In this document: positions 1-11,298 of the stretch, in pieces | Position numbering within the stretch: the stretch's first letter is position 1 | Layout: each line of letters starts with the position of its first letter | Origin: Camelus dromedarius | Taxonomy: Eukaryota | DNA: 64,000 nucleotides | Assembly (NCBI RefSeq): GCF_036321535.1 | Contig: NC_087446.1 | Location: 28,768,001-28,832,000 of the forward strand | Direction: 5' to 3' | Position numbers and translations under genes: made by a program | The notes under the pieces: generated by a model | The model's database searches: none | Told to the model about the DNA's origin: nothing | What the model saw: the letters and a program-made list of their open reading frames with translations, nothing else

Positions 1-231
1 TAGAGATTCTTCTGTCAAACTTTGCCTGGTAATCAGAAAACAAAATGAATAATAACAGGGGCCACGGGCCTCTCCACTGAGGGGGAGGAAAGTTTAACCC
101 CTAAAACTGGCCATGGTTATTAAATACTCATTTACTATCCTTAGTCCCTCCCTTTGTAAAAATGAACACCAGCTAATCCACCAGCTGTCGGGCCTAACTG
201 TCATCAAGTATTGCTGCTAAGTTGATAGGAT

Positions 232-432
232 GTTAGTTACGGATGTTGGGCTTTAGACACATCTGTGTTTGAATCTGGATCTGTTACCGGCTGAGGGATC
301 TTTCTGAGTCTTAGTTTCCTTTCTTAAAAAGAACTAATGTAAGAATTAAATAAGAGAAGGCATATAAAGGATTGACACAAGGTCTGCTATTTGAGGAGTG
401 TTCAATAAGTATTATTATAATTGTTATTATTA
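232..432 (+). mobile_element. MIR SINE
   Basis: Degenerate MIR core (tttgaatctggatctg...ctgagtcttagtttcct) and 3' end (gtgttcaataagtattatt). Confidence 0.75.
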
Positions 433-444
433 AACCAGCATATT

Positions 445-900
445 AATCAGGACCCAATCAGCTATAAGTGAAATAGCTCTAATGCAAACTGACTTAAATT
501 AAAGAAGGAAATTACTGTCACACACCATTGAAAACTCCAGTGGTTCAGGCAGACATGGATCAAATGAAGCCCCAGGACTTGATGGCCAACCTTGACCCCT
601 TCCTGCAATCTTCCACCTTGTGGCTCTGCTGTGCTGTCTTGCTTTCATTCTTCCACAGGATTGTTCCACAATTTTAGGCTTTTATCCTCCCAGCTGAGAA
701 ACCTCTGTGTAGAAATCTCTATCAAGAGGTCCTTCTTTGTAATCTCATCAATGGGATGGGATCACGTGCCTACCCCTGATCCCATCGCTGTGGCCTCAGA
801 GAAAGACAGCGCTAAGTGACCAGGCCTGGGTCATGTGTTCTTGCTGGAGCACCAGGACAATGCTCGCCTCCCAAAAGCTGCAGCAACTGAGAATAGAAAA
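445..900 (-). mobile_element. MaLR LTR, old MLT1 (J/K/L-like)
   Basis: Starts with the reverse complement of an MLT1 3' end (ttaatcaggacc...caaactgacttaa...); contains the gggatcacgtgcctacccctga...ccaggcctgggtcatgtg motif typical of old MLT1s. Confidence 0.65.
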
Positions 901-1644
901 TGTCCCCTCCAAAGGAAGATGAGGGTGCCCTGCTACCCAAGAAAGGGGGCATGGATGCCAAGTAGGTAGCCCTGCAGCCCCCAAACTAATTTCTCTTTCT
1001 TTAAAGAAACTTGCCAGTGAATAGGGGATATGCAAACTTCACCTTCAAATTGTGACAGCAAGTTCAGCAAAGGTGGAACAAGTTCTCCCGGATGCCTCCA
1101 AAGACAGAAGAAATAGGAACGTCAGATTCCTAATCTCCTAAAATACTGAGTTGCCATGGGTACCCAAAGGCCATCCCAGGAGGGGAAATGCTGTTGACAT
1201 CAAGTTAAAGGTTACCTATAGACTGGCTTTTCTTGGTCACTAATTTTTGAATTAGTTCTGATTCATCTGAATCTTTTAAATATGTTTTATCTGTGTATTT
1301 CATGTTGAAAAGAAGTTTGTCAATCTGGTACCTTCTTACTTGGACCGAATTAAATGTCATTTAGAAATAGTGTCCCTTCATCCTAATGTCCCTCCAGTCT
1401 AGTACTTCATCCTCTGATGAACAAAGATGAGAGCTAAAAATGTCCCCAGGTTTCTAACATACATGCTAAAAAAAGGTTACAACTTTTTTTTTTAATTTAA
1501 ACAAACATGTGGCATATTCTTATAACAGCAATTTGTGCATAGTTCTCGCAAGGCAGAAGATACACACAAGCACACAGACTAGATCCTTATCCTCCAGAGA
1601 AGTTGTTAAGCATCTTCACGTTCAGCCTTTCAAAGCCTTTTCTG

Positions 1645-2007
1645 CAGCACCTTGGCATGTTGAAGGAGTTTGAGAAAACAGCAGAAGCCGGAAGGTCATT
1701 CTGACCTCTTCCCTCTTCACCTTTCTCCCCTAAATGGGCCATAAAATCCTCCTTAGCTCTGCTAAGTTTTCCCCAGGTTAGCACACTTACCTCCTACCCT
1801 TTAATTTACCCTGTTCTCTTCATCAAAGCTAGCAGAAAATACTTGTTTGTTTGTTTGGGTCTTCATATCCTTATGAAGGCTCCCATGTAATGTAAAACTT
1901 AAATAAATGTGTTGCTCTTCTGCCGCTCATCTGTCTTTGTCAGTTGAATTTTCAGATCCAGCCAGGTATCCTAAGAGGGTTGAGAAAAATGTTTTCCTCC
2001 TAATACA
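1645..2007 (+). mobile_element. ERV1-class solo LTR, MER34/MER39-like
   Basis: gaaggagtttgagaaaacagcagaagc start motif, polyA-signal region ttaaataaatgtgttgctc, and terminus ctaagagggttgagaaaaatgttttcctcctaataca ending in CA. Confidence 0.7.
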
Positions 2008-3875
2008 AACATAGGTGGATTCTTTTTTAAAACAAAAATGAGATTTTACTCTTTTTATAAGCTGCTTGTTCCATACTCCATATGTCAAAATTATTCAATA
2101 TTATTTCTACTAAGTTCTTTATAGCAGATAGGCATTTTTCTGGGGAGATGGCTGATCACTTTCACCAAGCTTTCTAAAGATATTAACAATCTAAAATCAA
2201 AAACCCACTGTTTTACACCTTCATTTTAAATGGTAGAAATAGATATATCTGGCAGGGAGACCCACAAATAAACATCATGATCTATTTAATCAAATCCTTC
2301 TTGTAAGACATTCAGGTCCACTCCAGTTTTTGGCTGACATAAACAATACAAAGTGAATATAACTGTTGCTTTAAAGTCTAACCACATGACTCTGTATTTC
2401 CCCACGATACTGCAAGATAAGAAATGGCTAAGAATTTTTTAAGCGTGGGGAGTAACACAGATTGATGAATTGTCACAGCTCTTAGAAGGTGGCTGTTTAC
2501 CCCGAGGGACCACCGTCATTGTTCAAACACCACCATCTAACGCCCTAGAACTCATACCGAGAAAACCCATCCTCCTGCAAGTACGAGCCCTGCAGAGGAA
2601 GGAGCAACGTTTCCTGCCTCTGTCTGGCTTTGTTACTTGACTTGAAGTCCTGCCCACCACCCGGAGCAAAGTTGTTGCGCCTCTGTTTACATTTCTGCGA
2701 GGACACGTGGGCAAGCCCAGGCAAAGCCAAATAGCACACTGCTCATTGATCACAGACTGAGCATCTGGTGATCCCCTTTGGGGAAACAGAACGATTCTGA
2801 GAGTTGGGGCACTGCCAATGGGAAATTCACAAGACAAAAGCTGCAGGTCTTTCCTAGTCGTTTCAAGGGGGTGGAGGAGGGAGGAGACGAAGGGCAGGGA
2901 AGTAAGAAGGTGACAGAAAATAAGGGGTTCTACCGATTTGACTCACAGGCATGAAAAGTTCCCCCAAAGCAACAGAACAAAGCTGCCAAGATGTTACTGG
3001 TGATTTACAGTCAGAAGCTGAGCAAAGAATTTGCCTTTTTTCACTGTGGGCAGGTTTAATTTGGCCTCTCAAAGGCTATTCTCACCATGAAACAAAAGCA
3101 TGAACAAGCAAGCACATGTCAGAGGTCAGTTCTAAATTCATGAAATACCAGGAATGACCCTCCCTTCCTTCAGATTTGATATTTCCTTGGCAAGGACTTT
3201 GACTCAAACTAACTTGCCGCAAAGATACTGTACCACCTTAAGATCATAATCTCTAGCAAACAGTGATCCAAAGTTCTTTTGCAAAAGCGTCTCAAGTAAC
3301 ATACCTTCTGCATCCTTCCTAACAGCGCCTTCCTTAGAAGCCCAGGGCGTGTTATCATGCCTTCACAGACGGAGAAAGGAAAACACAGGAAGATTAAAGG
3401 GCCTATCTAAGATGACCTGCAAGTCATCCACCAAATGCAGGACTCCTGATGACTTGTGACACACAAATGCTTCCCCTGACAATTCAACCTCACCCTTATT
3501 TCTGGACAGAAAAATAAGGGAAATTGTTTACTGGCCCAAAAGACCTTACAATATTCTGAAGATGGCAAATTCAATCCGACCCTCGTTAACTAGATCCAAA
3601 TGGGGCCTGACAGAGAGTCTTCATTAGATCTAAAAAAACACCCTGTTCATTTTAGCTCTGAGTCCCCTGACTTGTGCCCATTACTATAAATTGGCTATTC
3701 TAGAGTCAGGGGGGCTCTCCACAAAGAAGTGCCTGCAGATGATGATCATTCTGTATGAAATAAAAAGCTGAAGTTGTACTAGAAAAAAAAAAGTGTAGCA
3801 GTCCTCCTGACCAAAAAACTGCCTCTCTAATGGCCTAGAAATGGGCTAAAAGGAAACCCAATTATTTAAACAAAC

Positions 3876-3876
<1 letters not shown>

Positions 3877-3921
<45 letters not shown>
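3877..3921 (+). repeat. (AAT)15 microsatellite
   Basis: Perfect trinucleotide run read directly from the sequence. Confidence 0.97.
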
Positions 3922-3922
<1 letters not shown>

Positions 3923-4457
3923 TTATCCCAATCCCATCACAGAAACTAAAATAAATTTCTCTTTTGAAGCTGAATTTTCCGACAGCCAAGTTCCATTTCA
4001 TATTTATATTCCAGGTCAGAAAAACGGCATCTCCTACATGTGAAAGAATTTAACCCCAGATGAGGCATTTTCCCCTTTTTTTCACAATGGAGTCAAACTC
4101 CGTGGCTTTTTTCTAACGTGTTGCAAGTGAGACCAGCCCTTCAGATAAGCAGAGTCAAAGGCCACTGAGTTAATGTGATTTGAGAGGAGCCAAGAAGCCC
4201 GGCTGCCAAGGTGCCTAAGGCGCCCACCACTGACGTCACTCCAATGAATGAGGCACTGCATTTCCAAAACAGTCCCGTCACAAATACTAATGTCGCCCCC
4301 CACATGGTGCCCAGGCCGTCATGGTCGCTCAATGTTTATTGAACAAATAAAAGAATGATTGTGGCCTGCAGAGGACAATAAACTGTGATTACATTGCTTA
4401 GAGTCTATGCCAAATAATGTGAGTATCTGGAACGTATTATCTCATTTGTTGCCACTA

Positions 4458-5439
4458 CAGTGACTCCCCCTTATCCACAGGTAACACGTTCCAAGACCCT
4501 GGGTGGATGCATAAACCATGGATAGAATGAAACCCTCTATTTACTGTGTTGTTCCTATACACACATACCTGTGATAAAGTTTAATTTATAAATCAGGCAC
4601 AGTAAGAGATTAACAACAATAACTAACAATAAGACAGGACAATTATAACAATACACCATAATAAAAGCTACACAAATGGTGTCTCTCTCTCTCTCAAAAT
4701 ATGTTATTGAACATATTTTCTTTTCCTTTTCCATCTTAACTATGCACTTATCACACGCTGTGGCCGTAACTTTTGTAGTTTGAGGTTCTACAGCAAAACT
4801 AGCACAGATTTCATTTTTCTTCGTCACGATTTCACAGAAAGAAGATTCGTTTTTAGGGCAGACCTTAGCAACTTCAGTGTAGGATTTTTTTTTCTTCCCT
4901 TAAGTTGAGAACTTTCACCTTTTCACTGAATGAGCATAAGCCTGCCTCAAAGCCTTTGAATTTTTTCTTCCCTCTACAATGAAAACTTTTAGCTCAGGTT
5001 GCCACACATCTCACTTCCTCACTCTCTACTCAAATGTCACATGGGCAGAGAAGCTTTCCTTGGTGACTATGTGAGACAGCACTGTCCCACCCGCATTGTG
5101 ACGCTCCATTCCCTTTCACCTGCTCTATTTTGCGTCTCTTTGGCATACCTGGATGGCATCACTACTCTTGTGCTTCAGGACCATTATTAAGTAAAATAAG
5201 AGCTACTTGAACATAACAGTAGATCTGATAACCAGGATGCCCTACTAAGTGACTAACCTGTGGGATGTCCTGGACAAAGAGATGACTCATAGCCTGGGCA
5301 GGATGGAACATGCCGGCGTGAGATTGCATCACTCAACTCTGATCAGCGGCGCACAGCTTAAAACTTATGAATTGTCTCTTTCTCAACATTTCCAATTAAA
5401 ATGTTCAAACTGCGGTTGACCACAGGTAACTGAAACTGC
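4458..5439 (-). mobile_element. MER44/Tigger7-derived TcMar-Tigger DNA transposon (one end truncated, interrupted by an L2 fragment)
   Basis: TA then terminal repeat cagtgactcccccttatccac at 4458; MER44 body (gataaagtttaatttataaatcaggcacagtaagagattaacaac; ctctttggcatacc...catcactactcttgtgcttcaggaccattattaagtaaaataag; gcggttgaccacaggtaactgaaactgc). The second TIR is not seen after about 5439. Confidence 0.85.
4937..5131 (+). mobile_element. L2a 3' region fragment nested inside MER44
   Basis: gcctcaaagcctttg...ttccctct...ctctactcaaatgtcac...agagaagctttcct...cacctgctctatttt matches the recalled L2a 3' consensus; MER44 resumes colinearly on both sides. Confidence 0.75.
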
Positions 5440-5784
5440 CGATGCGTCGTTGTGAAGTAGGTTCTCAGATTGGCTAGGCTATACGCTAACCAGCCAGGGC
5501 TAGCTCTTAAAGAAATGGACCTTTGGGCAGAAGAGCGGGTGCCTAAGGCAATGGGATAGGACAATGAGGGGCTGGAAAGATTCTGAGGTTCGGTGGAGGG
5601 AGAAGAAACTCGCTAGTAAGTCCAGTGTCCTTGCAGCCAACATGGGAAGGGGGCCCACGTCACTGTCCAGGGACCTAGCAAAAGAACTTTCCAACAGAAG
5701 CACTTCTGATTCGTGGTTTTCACACAAGCTCAGGCATTCAACCCCTGCTCTCCTGTTCCCTGCATGTAAGATTTAAGAGAAAGT

Positions 5785-5940
5785 AGTTCACTTCTGTTGC
5801 TCTGAAATGAACATAAGAATTCTCTCCTTGGGCCTGTTGTGGGAATTAAATAGAATAATATACATAATAAAGCTCTTAGAAGAGTGCCTGGCCTTGCCTA
5901 GGAAACACTCAATTCCTACTTATTATTCTTACTATCATTA
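5785..5940 (+). mobile_element. MIR SINE (3' half)
   Basis: ctgttgtgggaattaaatag...aaagctcttagaagagtgcctggc. Confidence 0.75.
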
Positions 5941-6119
5941 ATATCTCCACTATCTACTCACCGTATGGCAAGATATTGGGAGTAGGCAGTTTATTTCCTA
6001 CCATTACAACTTCTACAAAACACGATGGGTAAGTTGACTGACTGCGTCAGCAGCTCTGGCCTCTGGTCAGTATCTGTATATTACATGAAAGAGACAGGTT
6101 TGTGCATTTCACTTTATAC

Positions 6120-6292
6120 CCCTGCCATGGGCAAAGTACCGGACCTCTCCCTGACTCAATTGCTCGACAGAGTAAATAGATAATAATAGCAATGTTTCAT
6201 TGTGTTGCTGAGAAAAGGAGTTAGATGAATCAGTTCCCAAATAGAGTCTAGAACAGTGTCAAGCAGATAATAAGTATGATTATTGTTACTTC
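6120..6292 (+). mobile_element. MIR SINE
   Basis: gggcaaagta...acctctccctgactcaatt...gataataatag...tctagaacagtgtc. Confidence 0.6.
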
Positions 6293-6636
6293 CCATGTGT
6301 ATGTACATGTGCATGTTTCTCCCATTTTTCTAGGGAAGAGTATGATATTGGTAACCCATTTTCAATTTTCAGAAAAATCCACTATGAATATCCCCCATAC
6401 TTGATTCTTTCACAGTACAGATTACAACTATGAGTAATATGATAACGTTACAGAGAATGTATCCTCAGCTTGGCTGGTCTGAGTAATCAATCTACGTGCA
6501 AATCATGGCTTTGTTTTGAAAATGCTCTTTAAGGCTGTGGTGGTGATTAAGGTCACCTAAAAAACTATTGAAACACTATGCTAGGGCTTGTCAAAGAGGG
6601 CTGGAGATGATTACTGAAGTAGCAGTCCTCACTTAC

Positions 6637-6645
6637 CGTGCCACC
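6637..6645 (-). CDS. Candidate 9-nt frame-preserving microexon (GGTGGCACG) of an unidentified minus-strand host gene
   Basis: Minus strand reads ttttgtgcttctgtgcttttgcccAG|GGTGGCACG|GTAAGTgag: pyrimidine tract with CAG acceptor, perfect GTAAGT donor, length a multiple of 3, no stop within the exon in any frame, UGC at -7, -13 and -21, inside about 1.3 kb without recognisable repeats. No neighbouring exons seen. Confidence 0.45.
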
Positions 6646-7689
6646 CTGGGCAAAAGCACAGAAGCACAAAACTCTGCATCCAACCTAAACACCCGCCATG
6701 GCCCTTGATGGGAGACTGGCATGCTGGTTTATTTCCAAATGGGTAAAATGGAAGGGCTCTTTTCAACTTTGGGAAAATGCGTAGGCAGGAACGGGGTGAT
6801 AAGCAGAGGAAACAAGTCTGGGGGTTTTTCCATTACATTTTAAAGTCAGAGAGTTTCCTGTGCAAGCAATGTTATTTTTAAAATTCTTATTTAAACCTAC
6901 CTCATCTAATGCAAACAAGTTTTAAAATGATTATTCCTAGCATACTTCTGTAAAAGAAATGCACACACATATATCCATAAGGTATTGGGGATGGGCGATC
7001 TCCTTCCTAACCCTTACAACTTCTATACATACACAATAGATTAGTTGTGTAACTGCTTCAGCAGCTGCTGCCTATGCTTAGTGTTTGCATCTCTGTATGA
7101 AAGAGACAGCCATGTGCATTTCACATCTCAACCCTGCAGTACAGTTCCCAAGTCAGGGAAATGGCATTGCTGTGTAATGGCAACAGCACAGAGATGTCTG
7201 CTCATTGATATGCAAATGACAATAGCAGGCATTCTGCTGTGTTTAAGGAATCCCATGACTGGTTTAACCACAAGCAGGTTATTAAAGTGAAACAAGGCTA
7301 TTTTGTCCATTATGAAAAGCACTGTCCTGTCCCAATGAGTGGCACATTCAGGGCTATTTACATTTCCACAGACAACCAACAATAAATCAATATGAATACT
7401 CCTTCAAATCCATTTTCTTTTTTGAAGAACAACAGCTGTTCAAAATCACAAGAATCTGAATCAAGCAGAAATTAAAAAAAAAAATCCAGCATTTGGTCAA
7501 CCCTATGTATATTAAATCATTCATAAGTAAAGCCCCTTAAAGCCCTAGAATAAAGTTCAGAGAAATCTCATTTTGAGGGCCTAGAAATTAAGGTTTGATT
7601 CTAAATAATATTAACAATAGCAAGAAGCTACATATATCATGTAAAGTTTTTATAAGTATTCAGTATGTGATGGAAAATACTGTATGCAA

Positions 7690-7912
7690 GTACTTAATAT
7701 TGAGATAGGTGCATTACATGCATTATACCATCTAATCCTCATAATGACCCTGTGAGGCAGATACCATTATAATCCTCATTTTAAAGACAGACTGAGGCCT
7801 AAAGAAGTCCAGTTACTTGCCCAAGACCAGAAACCCAGTGTATGAAAGATCCAGGTTTCTAATCCAGGATTCCTATCTGCATTGGAATGGGACTCTTAAC
7901 TATCACCCACAC
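7690..7912 (-). mobile_element. MIR SINE
   Basis: catctaatcctcataatgaccctgtgaggcag...cctcattttaaagacagactgaggc...agttacttgcccaag. Confidence 0.85.
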
Positions 7913-8445
7913 TTCCCCTCAACGGAAATTCAGTCATGGGAACCAGATTACATCTAGTAAAATATCCTGGGGACTCAGGACATTTTTGCCCAAGTTTGAT
8001 CAAACATTAAAAAACTGTCCTTCAATTTAGGGGAATATTATTAAATTTAATTTAAAAATCATTATAAATGATCAAGTTATCCATAATAAATTTTATCATT
8101 CATTCACTTTTACATACAAAAAATATTTATTGAGCAGTTAAAAGGATCTGGTGTATGCCAGAACCTGGAGCTAGAGCAGTGAACCAGACAGACATAGTCC
8201 AGATTTTACTTAATTTACAATCCTCTGGGGGAGAGGGACATTAAAAAATCATCTTTCATTAACATTGTGACAAGTATGCCAGAGGAAAAGGCCTCAGTGT
8301 AAGGAAAACATATAAAAGGAAGACCCAACTTAGCCTGGGGAAGTCAGATAAAGCCTCTCTGAAGAAGAGGTAACATTTAAGAGGCTAGGAGGCTGGGTAA
8401 GAGTTAGCCAGATATGTGAAGATCAGTGTGGGGAAGAAGGGGTGT

Positions 8446-8900
8446 ATCAGGATGCTTTAAGTTGACTGCAAGTCAAATAAAACTCAATGCAAGTTTGCTT
8501 AAAACACTAGAAGGTTTTTATTGGGATAGCTTCAGGCAAAGTTTGATCAAGGCCCTAATTTTATTTCTCTGAGATTCTAACTGTCCTGCCAAATTTTACA
8601 TGTTGGTTTCAGTCTCTTGGTTTCTATTCTACCAACAACAACCAGAGTTTATTTGTTTATATTCACAGAGAGAGAAAGTTCCCTCTTTATGCTGATTAGG
8701 CTACCTCAAACCAGCCTTTCTAACCAGTGGATGCCTCCTGGTTGATTTAAGTCTTGGCTACTTGAAACACTCATTTTGGTCAGCAGAATGGGATTTGGGT
8801 ATCCTTGAACCCTAAGGTGAATCTGTTCCATACAAACCATATGGCTTCTGAGCATAGATAGGATATATGTGGAGGACACAATTTCCCTTCCAGAGAGCTA
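8446..8900 (-). mobile_element. MaLR LTR, old MLT1 (K/L-like)
   Basis: tatcaggatgcttt...gactgcaag...aaactcaatgcaagtttgcttaa...ttttattgg...cttcaggcaaagtttgatcaagg. Confidence 0.6.
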
Positions 8901-9139
8901 TCCTGATCAAAGATAGAAATATGCAAAGAATGTTAGGTGGTTAGATTAGATGTTTGTGGAACTAAGTTCCATGTGAAAAACAAAAGGAAAAGGAGAATAG
9001 CATGAGACAAGATTGCACAGTCAGGGAGGAGCCTGATCATGCAAGGGCTTGAAGGAATGTAAAAATATTGTACATTTTCTGAAGGCTAATAGAGAGTTTC
9101 TGTTGTCCATCATGATCAGCTTATGTATTAAAAACATTC

Positions 9140-9375
9140 ATGTATAAAAGAAAAAAATTCATCAAAATATACACCTGTATATCTTATATGTATATGTATG
9201 TACATAAACTGTCTCTGAAAAATATGCAGTAAACTGGTAAAAGTGGTTGCTTCTAGGAAGAAATCCTTGGGGACTAGAGAGCTGACTTGAAAGACTTTAT
9301 TGCATGCAATTTTGAACTTACCTTTTTTTTTTTTAACTGTATTCATATACTGTTTTTAATTTAAAAAAAAAAAAA
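9140..9375 (+). mobile_element. L1ME/L1MC-type 3' end fragment
   Basis: aaactggtaaaagtggttgcttctagg...gactttattg...ttttgaactt... ending in an A-tract. Confidence 0.6.
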
Positions 9376-10304
9376 GCAAATTGTTTTGAGTGGTTAGTCT
9401 GCCCACTATATGGAGAGAAAAACTGGAGGCAAGACAGAGAACAAGGAGGAAGTTAGGAGGCCACTGCAACTGGCTAGGCAGGAAAGGGTGATCACTAGGT
9501 TTCCGATGGTACAGAAACAAGATTTCAATCCAGTCTCTGAAGACGGAGGCTCCTGCCCTCCTCCACCACCTTGTATTTTTATGGATGGTGCACAGAGGTG
9601 GGGCGGAGTGAAACGGCTGCAAAGCCCAAATTATTTCCAAGCATGAGATGCAGTGTGGGGAGGAGGTCTGAAAAAGAGCCAGAACCTGAGGAGTGGTTAT
9701 AAGAGGATGATGGGGGCCTGGGGAAAGGGAGGTAGTTTTTATTTGTGCAGAGGCACAAACTTATTTGATTTACCTGAGCTACTAATATCCCCAGCTGTAA
9801 AATTATGTAAATGTAACACCTTTGAAAATGAGACTCTGCATCTGAGTCGAACTCCTGAGATCTCAGATTGTGGAATGGGAGCCTTGAAACCTCTCTATCA
9901 GGCAGCCCACACCCAACAAGAAAACGGGAAGCTGCAGCCTCCTCTCCCACTGCAGGCTGACCTCATCCCTACCCGCTGGGTAGAATTGAATATGAAACAA
10001 TGTGTGCATGTTGCTGGCACAAGAAAAGAAAGAAATGATTAATAAAAGAATGAATAAATGTTGGCGGCAGTTTCAGCAATAACTATATACAATTAACAAA
10101 ATATGTAGTGAATTTCAGGAGAACACATTCAGTCCATTGCAACAGGGAACTGTTTCTATCAAGCTTCTATCTCACTCTGTTTAATCCCCCCATCTCATCA
10201 TTCACCTCCTCCATAAAATCTTCTTATCCCTCAAATTGGATGGAATCATGCCTTTAAAATCATTTCATGTTACTTCCTTAACTTATTTATGAAGAATAAG
10301 CTTT

Positions 10305-10690
10305 CTGGTAAAGAGCAAGTCATCTGGAAATTGGGTTTAAACTTCTGGTCTACAGATTCCTACCTTTACGAGCTGGGAGACCTTGGGTAATTTACCTTTC
10401 TGTGAATCCATTTCTTCATCTGTAAAATGGGGATGGCCATGTCATGTATTTCATAGTGCTGTTGTGAGGAATGAATAGGTTAAAATATATTGATATATGC
10501 CTACATATTTATGTGTATATATTTTATATGTAGACTGAATGTATAGCATATTATGTTTATATATGTATATATGTATGTGTGTAAATATTAATATACGTGT
10601 ATACATATTTATATAAATATATGTGTGTATATATTAGTTTGGGACACATTGTAAGTGCTATGTAGGAATTGGTCACTATTAATATTATAA
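10305..10690 (+). mobile_element. MIR SINE with internal TA/TG-rich low-complexity expansion (about 10480-10635)
   Basis: gagctgggagaccttggg...catctgtaaaatgggga...gctgttgtgaggaatgaat, then an AT-rich repeat and the MIR tail. Confidence 0.8.
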
Positions 10691-10770
10691 CTATACATAA
10701 TCGTTATTGGTATATTTGTCATATCTCTTATTTAGATTATATGCACTTTAAATTATGAGTCTTTTTGCAA

Positions 10771-11298
10771 TATGGTATTTTAGTCATCAATTGCTGTGTA
10801 ACAAACTACCTCAAAACTTAGCAATTTAAAATAAAAAACATTTACAACCTCAGTTTCTGTTAGTCAGAAATCTGGGCATGGCTCAGGGTCTCTGGTGAGG
10901 CTGCAGTCGGGCGTCCACCAGGGTTGCAGTCCTTCTAGGGCTCAATTAGGGAAGGATCTACTTCCAAGCTCATGCATGTGACTCTTGGCAGCCTTTGGTC
11001 TGCTGAGTGCCATCCAGAGACACCAGTTCCCTGCCATGCGGGCCCCTCCACAGGCAGCTCACAACATGGCAGCTGGCTTCCCCCAGAGCAGAGGCTCTGA
11101 GAAAGAGAGAGGAAACGAAACAGAAGTCACAGCTTTTTGGCAACCTAATTTCAGGAGTGACTACCCACCACTTGTGCTGTATTCTACTTGTTAAAGTGAG
11201 TCAATGCGTCTAGTCTACACTCAAGGAGAGGGTGACAGAAGATGTGCATGCCAGGTGGTGGGAGTCCCCGGAGCCCATCTTAGAGGCTGCCTTCCACA
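10771..11298 (-). mobile_element. MLT1F-like MaLR solo LTR
   Basis: Reverse complement begins tgtggaaggcagcctctaagatggg (MLT1F 5' end); the other end is attgctgtgtaacaaactacctcaaaacttag. Confidence 0.85.

Larger units (their letters stand above)
8097..9800 (-). mobile_element. L2 LINE, fragmented and interrupted by MLT1 and L1ME insertions
   Basis: Reverse-complement L2 tail cattcattcac...aatatttattgagc, followed by purine-rich L2 body segments at about 8097-8445, 8985-9135 and 9376-9800. Confidence 0.7.
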
